A stretch of DNA of 64,000 nt, taken from positions 32,001 to 96,000 of the forward strand of contig JAVZNC010000003.1 of the NCBI GenBank assembly GCA_038882955.1, in the 5' to 3' direction. The translations under genes and the position numbers were made by a program. The first letter of the stretch is position 1; each line of letters starts with the position of its first letter. Under the pieces are notes generated by a model. It saw only the letters and a list, made by a program, of their open reading frames with translations. It was not told the DNA's origin and did no database searches. Origin of the DNA: Candidatus Bathyarchaeia archaeon. Lineage in GTDB: Archaea > Thermoproteota > Bathyarchaeia > Bathyarchaeales > Bathycorpusculaceae. Below, piece by piece: positions 55,768-64,000 of this stretch.

Positions 55768-56235
55768 TTAGCTGTTTGACGCTGGCTGTTGCTCACTTTT
55801 CGGCTTTTCTTCAGCTTGTTGTGCAGCTTGCTCTGGTGGTATAACAATCATCTGGGGCTCTGGAGGTTTAACCTCCTCCTTCGCTTTTTCTTCCTTAACT
55901 TTTTGAACCGCTGGTTTTTGCTGGACGGCAAGCGGTTTTTGTGGAACAACAGCCACGGTTTCAACTCTTGGAGCGCTTGTCAGTAGGGTCACTCCGCGTA
56001 TGGTTACCAGCGAGCCAATCCACCCCATAACACCCAAATACATTATGCGTATGCATGTTGCAATCAGCGGTCCCAAGGCTTCGCCGAACATCTGCGTAAA
56101 GTCTCCAGGCAGTATTTGTATGCTTTGTGTTAGGAAGCCCCATGCGCTTAGGAAGGTGAATATTAGAAGCGCTACGCCTATCATTAGCACAATTATTCCG
56201 GATATTGTTATTTTGTCTTTGAAGTTTTTGAACAT
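55768..56235 (-). CDS. Two-TM membrane protein with Pro/Gln/Lys/Glu-rich tail
   Basis: Two TM helices and a low-complexity C-terminus. Confidence 0.7.
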   Translation of the reverse strand: MFKNFKDKITISGIIVLMIGVALLIFTFLSAWGFLTQSIQILPGDFTQMFGEALGPLIATCIRIMYLGVMGWIGSLVTIRGVTLLTSAPRVETVAVVPQKPLAVQQKPAVQKVKEEKAKEEVKPPEPQMIVIPPEQAAQQAEEKPKSEQQPASNS

Positions 56236-56346
56236 GTTCTTTCCTCGTTATTGCTGGAGACTTTTTAACATATTAAATCTTCCGATATTATAAACAGAAT
56301 CGCGGCTACCTATCAAAAATCAAAAACAAAAATAAAGTTAGCGAAT

Positions 56347-56952
56347 TTAAGGCGGCAAACCGAGCTTCTGGTAAATCCTCTGCTTGTTATCTTCAACCTT
56401 CTTTTGAACATCCATGAAAAGGTTGTTTCCATGAGAATCTATGGCAACCGCAAGCGGACCAAAATCTTCAACCTCAAAAATCCATAAGGCTTCAGGGGTT
56501 CCCAAATCAAGCCATTCAACGCCTCTAACGCTTTTTATGGCTTTTGCAGCCAAAATTGCCGCTCCACCTGTGAAAGCGCCATAAACTGCTCCGTACTTTG
56601 CCATTGCGTCCGTTGTCTTCTTTCCCATTCCGCCCTTGCCTATGACAACGCGAACCTTGAAGTTCTTTATGAACTCGTCTTCAAAAATGTCCATGCGTGT
56701 GCTTGTTGTGGGTCCTGCTGCAACGGCAATCCATTTATCGCCTTCCTTTGCGACGACTGGCCCACAGTGGAAGACGGCCAATCCTTCAAGGTTTATTGGG
56801 AGCCTCTTTCCCTCTTTATAGTAGTCTAGGGCTCTTCTGTGTGCTTGGTCTCTGGCAGTTACCATTGTTCCAGTTATGTAAATGACGTCGTTTACTTTGA
56901 GTTTTCGTATTTCCTCTTCCGATATCGGGGTTTTAAGATGGTAAACTGACAT
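56347..56952 (-). CDS. Class I fumarate/tartrate hydratase, beta subunit
   Basis: TARDQAH, HCGP, GPTTSTRM and IGKGGM motifs. Confidence 0.92.
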   Translation of the reverse strand: MSVYHLKTPISEEEIRKLKVNDVIYITGTMVTARDQAHRRALDYYKEGKRLPINLEGLAVFHCGPVVAKEGDKWIAVAAGPTTSTRMDIFEDEFIKNFKVRVVIGKGGMGKKTTDAMAKYGAVYGAFTGGAAILAAKAIKSVRGVEWLDLGTPEALWIFEVEDFGPLAVAIDSHGNNLFMDVQKKVEDNKQRIYQKLGLPP

Positions 56953-56963
56953 TCCATTTCACC

Positions 56964-57887
56964 TCACATTTTATGGGTTAAATATTCCACTTTTCCATCG
57001 CTGTTTATGCGTGCAGAAGCCCTTCTCACTGCCCAACAGTTGAATGCAACCGCCGCTGGAAATGATGCTGGATGCCTAAAAGCATAGTCGATGTGAACGC
57101 CTAAAACTGTTGTTTTTCCGCCCAACCCCATTGGACCTATTCCAGTCATGTTCACAGCCTCAAGGATTTCCTCTTCAAGTTTTGCAATTTCTGGGTTTGT
57201 GTTATGCTGGTCTAACGGTATTAAAAGCGCCTTCTTCGCAAGTTTCATGGCGATGTCCGCTCCGCCTCCAACTGCCACGCCTAAAATGTTTGGTGGACAC
57301 GGTTGGGCTCCAGCTTTAATCACCGCGTCTACAACAAATTTTTTAAGCCCCTTAACGCCTTCTCCTGGCACAAGCATGCCAGTTACACATACATTTTCTG
57401 AACCCCCGCCTTTAGTCATTACTGTCAGCTCCAATGTGTTTCCTGAAACTATTTCCCAGTGGATGAATGGTATGTATCTTCCAGTGTTGTCTCCGCTGTT
57501 TTTTTGGGTGAAGGGGTCAACAGAATTTGGCCTTAATGGGATTTCTTTTGTGGCTCTTCGTGTGGCGTTTATTATTGCTTGTTCAACCTTATCGAGGTTT
57601 TTCGTTTCTGCGCCTGCCTTCGCATAGAATATTATTGTTCCAGTGTCTTGACAGACTGGCGCCTTGTATTTTTCGGCTAGTTCAATGTTGTCCAATATTG
57701 CTTTTAGCTGCGTTTTTCCAGTGTCGCTTGTCTCCTCTTCGTAAGCTTTTTTCAATGCCTTCTTGACATCGTCTGGAAGGTATATGACTGCTTGTCTCAG
57801 TAGGTTAAATGCGACTTCTTCAACAACTTTTATTTCCAAGCCTTTTCCTCCTCCTTTTCGCATTTGACGGTTTATTGAAAACTTCAC
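56964..57887 (-). CDS. Class I fumarate/tartrate hydratase, alpha (Fe-S) subunit
   Basis: PVCQDTG, KGGGSEN, QPCPP, GIGPMGLGG and NCWA motifs. Likely start is TTG 57839 after GGAGGAGG. Confidence 0.92.
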   Translation of the reverse strand: MKFSINRQMRKGGGKGLEIKVVEEVAFNLLRQAVIYLPDDVKKALKKAYEEETSDTGKTQLKAILDNIELAEKYKAPVCQDTGTIIFYAKAGAETKNLDKVEQAIINATRRATKEIPLRPNSVDPFTQKNSGDNTGRYIPFIHWEIVSGNTLELTVMTKGGGSENVCVTGMLVPGEGVKGLKKFVVDAVIKAGAQPCPPNILGVAVGGGADIAMKLAKKALLIPLDQHNTNPEIAKLEEEILEAVNMTGIGPMGLGGKTTVLGVHIDYAFRHPASFPAAVAFNCWAVRRASARINSDGKVEYLTHKM

Positions 57888-58039
57888 ATACTTATGCTTT
57901 CTCCATGCACAACGCCAACTCCCATGTAAAAGAAGTTCACTTTAACTTAACTCTCTAGGGGCTAAATGCGCATGTTCTTCGAGTGTTTTAAATATGGCTT
58001 GAACAAACTGTTCTCACAGAACCACGAGAGGAGCGTAAA

Positions 58040-59053
58040 ATGGCAACAGAAGAAGAACAAGTTGAAGACGCTGGGAAGAAGAAGTATGAACTCCTAGAGG
58101 ATTTACCTGGAATTGGACCTGCAACAGCGCAGAAACTCCGTGAAATGGGCTTCCACACCGTTGAGTCTCTTGCAATGGCAACTGTTCAAGAGCTTGAGCC
58201 CGCTGGAATAAGCGAAAAGAAGGCTTTAGCAATAATAGAGGCTGCCCGCTCTTCCATAAGCGTCTCCTTCGTTAGGGCTGACGAGTTGCTTAGGATGCGC
58301 CAGCAAGTTTTGCGTTTAACAACTGGAAGCAAAGCCCTAGACCACATATTGGATGGTGGACTTGAGACGCAGACGATTACAGAATTTTACGGCGAGTATG
58401 GAAGTGGAAAGAGCCAAATTTGTCATCAACTTTGCGTTAATGTGCAGTTGCCACCAGAAAGGGGTGGACTGAACGGCGCGGCGCTTTACATTGACACTGA
58501 AAACACTTTCCGCACTGAACGTATCGTGCAGATGGCTAGGCACCTGGGGCTTGACCCCCAACAAGTTGTTAAGAACATAATTTACGCTGAGGCTTACACT
58601 TCAGACCACCAAATGTTCCTTTTGGATAATGCTGACGAAATTATTAAGGCGAACAACGTGAAATTGATAATCATAGACTCTTTAACAGCCCACTTTAGAA
58701 GCGAATACCTTGGACGCGAAATGCTGGCTTCAAGACAGCAAAAGCTGAACAAGCACATGCACAAGCTTATACGTTTGGCGAGAGCCTTCAACGCGGTAGC
58801 CGTTGTAACAAACCAGGTTATGGCTAAACCAGACGTTTTCTTTGGTGATGCCATACATCCAATTGGTGGGCACATTGTTGGGCACACGAGCCACACTAGG
58901 GTTTATCTTCGAAGGGCTGCCCATGGACCGATACGTATTGCCCGATTAGTTTCAAGTCCGTACCTGCCAGAAGGTGAGGAAATCTTTAAAATAACGGAGA
59001 ACGGCATAGAGGATGTTTCCGAGGAGGAAAAGACGAAGTCTCGTGGTCGTTAA
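58040..59053 (+). CDS. radA: DNA repair and recombination protein RadA
   Basis: N-terminal HhH (LPGIGPATA), GEYGSGKSQ, YIDTENTF, DSLTAHFR and TNQV; no intein. Confidence 0.97.
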   Translation: MATEEEQVEDAGKKKYELLEDLPGIGPATAQKLREMGFHTVESLAMATVQELEPAGISEKKALAIIEAARSSISVSFVRADELLRMRQQVLRLTTGSKALDHILDGGLETQTITEFYGEYGSGKSQICHQLCVNVQLPPERGGLNGAALYIDTENTFRTERIVQMARHLGLDPQQVVKNIIYAEAYTSDHQMFLLDNADEIIKANNVKLIIIDSLTAHFRSEYLGREMLASRQQKLNKHMHKLIRLARAFNAVAVVTNQVMAKPDVFFGDAIHPIGGHIVGHTSHTRVYLRRAAHGPIRIARLVSSPYLPEGEEIFKITENGIEDVSEEEKTKSRGR

Positions 59054-59055
59054 AG

Positions 59056-59499
59056 ATGCCCGTGCCATCTGCGTTAGTTGCACGTTACTTCCAACTTCTT
59101 GTTAATAGGCAGTTTGCAGAAGCGGAAAGAGAGCTTGAACGAATCAAACAGAAAATGCATAAAACAGAGTGGAACCGCGGCTACTTCAGAGCCTTGTATG
59201 GTATGCTTCTAGTGCGCCGCTCAAACAGCGGCAACAACGACTCATACGCGTTTTTCGCCAAGCTCGACTTAAATGACAAGGCAGCTTTAAACGCTTACAA
59301 ACGCGAATTTTTAGAACACGTGAAGAATAGGCTTCACGGAGAATTTGACCGCGGTTTTTTCTCGGCATGGGCTGACTGCATGCGCATACTAAGCAAAATT
59401 AACATCACGGCTAGTCTAAACGCCAACATTTCCAACGTAAAAAGCGATGCGGAAAAAGAAAAAACTGCTACGCCAAGCCAAAGCGAAGAGTATGACTAG
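59056..59499 (+). CDS. Hypothetical helical protein directly downstream of radA
   Basis: Starts 2 bp after the radA stop; internal repeat E(W/F).RG(Y/F)F.A. Confidence 0.75.
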   Translation: MPVPSALVARYFQLLVNRQFAEAERELERIKQKMHKTEWNRGYFRALYGMLLVRRSNSGNNDSYAFFAKLDLNDKAALNAYKREFLEHVKNRLHGEFDRGFFSAWADCMRILSKINITASLNANISNVKSDAEKEKTATPSQSEEYD

Positions 59500-59503
59500 A
59501 TGC

Positions 59504-59839
59504 CTAACCGCCAAGCGACATTGGCTGTCCAGCGATTAATGTGTATAGGAGAATCCAGAAGACTAGCCATGAAAGGAAGTATATGCCTATTCCCATTGTA
59601 AACAACTTCTGCGGCTTTTCAACTTTAGCCATGAAAAAAGCCTTTATCACGTAATATGAGAGTATGTAAACCACAAGGGCTATGGAAACGCCGTTCAGAA
59701 ACGTGTTCCAATGAAATTTGCTAGCATCACTTGTTATGGAGCCCGCTGCCATTCCATAGCCTATACATAATACGGCGGCAAGAATGCCGAACGCAACTCT
59801 CAACCAGTAAACAACAGTCAAAGGCTTCATCACATGCAC
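59504..59839 (-). CDS. EMC6/RAB5IF(OPTI)-like three-TM protein
   Basis: VVYWLR..GILAAV in TM1 and LFTMGIGIYFLSWLVFWILLYT in TM3 match the Rab5ip/EMC6 pattern. Confidence 0.7.
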   Translation of the reverse strand: MHVMKPLTVVYWLRVAFGILAAVLCIGYGMAAGSITSDASKFHWNTFLNGVSIALVVYILSYYVIKAFFMAKVEKPQKLFTMGIGIYFLSWLVFWILLYTLIAGQPMSLGG

Positions 59840-59906
59840 CTTTTGGCTCTCACTCTCTTTATGATTTAAGATTGCCTATTTATAGTTTGAAGACTTATTA
59901 ACTTTC

Positions 59907-61997
59907 TTGAAAGTGATAGAGCCCATGCATAAGAGGGAATTCACAAGCTTCGACGTGGCTGCAGTCATCGGAGAATTAAAAAAGCTAATTTTAGGCTCTC
60001 GCGTCAACAACATCTATCAGCCCGACAGCAAAACACTTCTTTTTAAACTTCACAAGCCCGAGAACCCCGCCTTTTGGCTCTTGTTTGAGGCTGGTAAACG
60101 CTTACATTTAACATCATACACTGTTGAAAAACCCGCTACGCCATCAGCTTTTTGCATGGCTTTAAGAAAATATCTACGCAACAGCGTTTTAACCAGCGTT
60201 GAACAATACGAATTCGAAAGAGTTGTGATTTTTTCCTTCAAAGCTGGAAACGGCAATCTGAAGCTTGTTTTAGAAATCTTCGGCGAAGGCAACGCCATCC
60301 TAATAGACGAGAACGACGCAATTTTACACGCCTTAACCTACAAGCGCATGAAAGACCGCAACATCCTACGCGGCGAAAAATTTGTTTTCGCTCCACCAAG
60401 CGGAAAAAACCCACTAAAACTCAGCGCAGAAGAATTTTGGCGAGAACTTAAAAGTTTTGGCGACGTTGAAGTTGTACGCGCACTCGCACGTTACTTAAGC
60501 ATAGGCGGATTTTACGCCGAAGAAGCATTACTAAGGGCTGGCATTGACAAAACACGGTTATGCGGTTCCATAGAAGACAGCATCATAAAAGCCATTTTCA
60601 ATGCTTTATGTACTATGCTCTCGCAAGTTTTGGAAGGAAAACTTGAACCCAACATTATTTTGGATGCAAATGGTAACTTTTTGGATGCCGCACCGTTAAA
60701 ACTCAAACGTTATGAGGAGTTTAACGCCAAACCTTTCGAAAGCTTTAATGAAGCCCTAGACGAGTTTTATTTGCGCGTTAAAGCTTTTGAAAAGGTTGAA
60801 GAAACAAGCGTGGAATTGGAAGCTTTAAAGCGTGAAGCAGAAAGGCTCAAGCGCATCATTGAAAGCCAAGAGCGAGTTTTAATCGAGGCGCAAACAGAAG
60901 CAGGACATTACAAGCGAATCGGCGATACAATATACGCCAACTCAAACATGCTCCAGCAACTGCTCGACCGCTTCCTAACAGACTTAAAGAGCGGAAAAAG
61001 CTGGAAGGAAATAACCTCTAAAATTTTGGCTGAAAAAGAGGCTGGCTTAAAACCAAGCGTTTTCTTCGAAAGCTTCGACCAGAAAAAATTGGCAATTAAC
61101 CTCTGCGTAGATAATCTTCGTTTTAGCTTATGCCTCCGCTCGAAACTTTTTGATTCCGCCACAAAATTCTATGAGCAAGGAAAAAAGGCTAAACAGAGGC
61201 TTGAAGGCGCAAAAAAAGCCCTAGAAGAAACCCGCAAAAAACTAGCGGATATAGAAGCAAAAATCAAAGAGTTTGAAGTAAAAACCACCATGACAGTTGC
61301 GCCTTCTGAAGGGGTAGAAAGTGAAATTGCGAGACGCCGCATAAAAGGCAAAGAATGGTATGAGAAGTTTAGATGGTTCAAAACCTCGGAAGGTTTTCTC
61401 GTTGTCGCTGGAAAAGATGCTGTAAGCAACGAAGTACTAATTAAAAAATACATGGCGCCAGAAGACATTGTTTTCCACGCAGATATCCTAGGCGCCCCAT
61501 TCGCCATAATCAAAACAGAAGGAAAAACACCAAGCCCGCAAAGCCTAAAAGAGGCAGCGGAATTTGCAGCAGCACACTCACGCGGGTGGCGAGAAGGTTT
61601 TGCCACAGTAGACGTTTACTGGGTCAAACCAGAACAAATAAGCAAAACTGCACCTTCAGGCGAATATGTCCCACGCGGAGCTTTCATCATAAGCGGAAAA
61701 AGAAACTGGATGCGCAAAACCACGCTCAAAATTGCCATAGGCACAATCATAGACGAAGAAGCAGGCGAAATAAAATTCACTGCTGGACCAGTTGACGCAG
61801 TAAACGCGAAAACTCAAAACTACATTGTAATCGTCCCAGGAGACACAAGCGGAAAGGAACTATCCAAACAAATCCTAAAGAAGCTGGCTGAAAAAACACC
61901 AAAAGAAACACAAGAAAAAATACAAAAAGCGACACTCGAAGAAATTAGAGAACTAATCCCATACGGAAAAGGCCAACTCCAAACACAGCAGCCTTAA
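59907..61997 (+). CDS. rqcH: Ribosome rescue protein RqcH/NEMF (NFACT)
   Basis: FCMALRKYL, FERVV, WYEKFRWF, GKDAVSNE and SKTAPSGEYVPRGAF motifs; likely start is ATG 59925. Confidence 0.92.
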   Translation: MKVIEPMHKREFTSFDVAAVIGELKKLILGSRVNNIYQPDSKTLLFKLHKPENPAFWLLFEAGKRLHLTSYTVEKPATPSAFCMALRKYLRNSVLTSVEQYEFERVVIFSFKAGNGNLKLVLEIFGEGNAILIDENDAILHALTYKRMKDRNILRGEKFVFAPPSGKNPLKLSAEEFWRELKSFGDVEVVRALARYLSIGGFYAEEALLRAGIDKTRLCGSIEDSIIKAIFNALCTMLSQVLEGKLEPNIILDANGNFLDAAPLKLKRYEEFNAKPFESFNEALDEFYLRVKAFEKVEETSVELEALKREAERLKRIIESQERVLIEAQTEAGHYKRIGDTIYANSNMLQQLLDRFLTDLKSGKSWKEITSKILAEKEAGLKPSVFFESFDQKKLAINLCVDNLRFSLCLRSKLFDSATKFYEQGKKAKQRLEGAKKALEETRKKLADIEAKIKEFEVKTTMTVAPSEGVESEIARRRIKGKEWYEKFRWFKTSEGFLVVAGKDAVSNEVLIKKYMAPEDIVFHADILGAPFAIIKTEGKTPSPQSLKEAAEFAAAHSRGWREGFATVDVYWVKPEQISKTAPSGEYVPRGAFIISGKRNWMRKTTLKIAIGTIIDEEAGEIKFTAGPVDAVNAKTQNYIVIVPGDTSGKELSKQILKKLAEKTPKETQEKIQKATLEEIRELIPYGKGQLQTQQP

Positions 61998-62062
61998 ACC
62001 CAAAAATCTAGAGGGGCTAGACCACTATTGATTTAATTTCAAACCAAAATTCTTCATAATTT

Positions 62063-62108
62063 TGGGCTTCAGCGTCAACTACAGGCGTTTCTTTCTCCTC
62101 CAGTCGGC
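62063..62108 (-). other. 3' arm of the 16S pre-rRNA processing stem with bulge-helix-bulge
   Basis: TGGGCTTCAGCGTCAA (62063-62078) is the exact complement of 63699-63714, and 62099-62108 pairs with 63662-63671. Confidence 0.8.
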
Positions 62109-62122
62109 AATGCGCCTTTCTT

Positions 62123-63617
<1,495 letters not shown>

Positions 63618-63661
63618 TGATGCGTTGCCGTTTTGCGCTTTTTGGCTTGTACAGCCGCAAA

Positions 63662-63714
63662 GCCGACTGGATTTGGAGGGGAACTGCCTGCTCCCTTTTT
63701 GACGCTGAAGCCCA
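63662..63714 (-). other. 5' arm of the 16S pre-rRNA processing stem with bulge-helix-bulge
   Basis: Pairs with 62063-62108, giving AAA bulge / CUCC:GGAG 4-bp helix / AAA bulge. Confidence 0.8.
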
Positions 63715-63890
63715 TTTCAGACCTAACGCTTGTGAGCATGTCAGGTCTACATTTTTGTCCCCGCAATTGGAGGCCAACCATCCTCATCCTTTAGGGCGTC
63801 AGTGCGCCTTTTTAGTTGGGGTTGAGCCGCCGCCGTATAATTGCGGGACTACTTTTCATTCGCCAAAATGAATTTGAAGGCGTCAAAAGC

Positions 63891-63909
63891 AATATAAATG
63901 TTTCTTTCC
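63891..63909 (-). promoter_or_regulatory. rRNA promoter (BRE + TATA)
   Basis: Minus strand GGAAAGAAACATTTATATT, about 275 bp upstream of the mature 16S 5' end. Confidence 0.65.
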
Positions 63910-64000
63910 AGCCTAATATAGGTTATTATTTGAGCTTAAACAATTTTTAAGAATTTGTGGGATTTCGATTAGGTGGGTGATTATCTTGTCTGGTTTAAAG

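Noticed and set aside
58001-58013. LexA/Cheo SOS box upstream of radA
   Set aside because: Spacing is N5 rather than N4 and archaea lack LexA; kept only as a generic operator candidate.
37-61795. Many short ORF-track entries antisense to or nested in long genes (e.g. 1968-2318, 13642-14079, 40920-41564, 57148-57627)
   Set aside because: They are shadows of well-supported genes, with no motifs or RBS.

Overview
A 64 kb stretch of archaeal chromosome, most likely from Bathyarchaeia (TACK). This assignment is inferred from the 16S sequence and from the presence of SmAP3, a Cren7-like protein, an aKMT-like methyltransferase and TBP/RadA. The window is gene-dense and mostly core genome, and I saw no CRISPR array, tRNA, IS or provirus. 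Left part: Lsm, glmU, glmM, a PfkB kinase, then a complete type IV pilus locus (prepilin peptidase, major pilin, five pilin-like accessory proteins, TadC/PilC-like platform, ATPase) and a beta-helix/PKD surface protein. Middle: a cell-envelope cluster with a 1537-aa GT2 + GT-C + CBM/discoidin fusion, a methyltransferase, a Dol-P glycosyltransferase, a probable S-layer protein and two GT4s, followed by pckA/asnA/Lrp, GGR and dph6. Next come a wHTH-KaiC ATPase + HTH-DNA ligase pair, an ABC-transporter deletion remnant, aKMT, Lhr, and an unannotated 56-aa Cren7-like gene. Right part: signal peptidase, tbp, pyrE, larA, Ard1, fumarase, radA, an EMC6/OPTI-like protein, rqcH and a stand-alone 16S rRNA with a BHB processing stem. 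The best candidates for something new are (1) the wHTH-KaiC/HTH-ligase module, (2) a 19-bp palindromic motif in all four promoter regions of the S-layer/glycosylation cluster, including a 45-bp promoter duplicated in inverted orientation, (3) the GT2-GT-C-lectin fusion and (4) leaderless pilin-like proteins. All family assignments are from motif recognition by eye; no database search was run.
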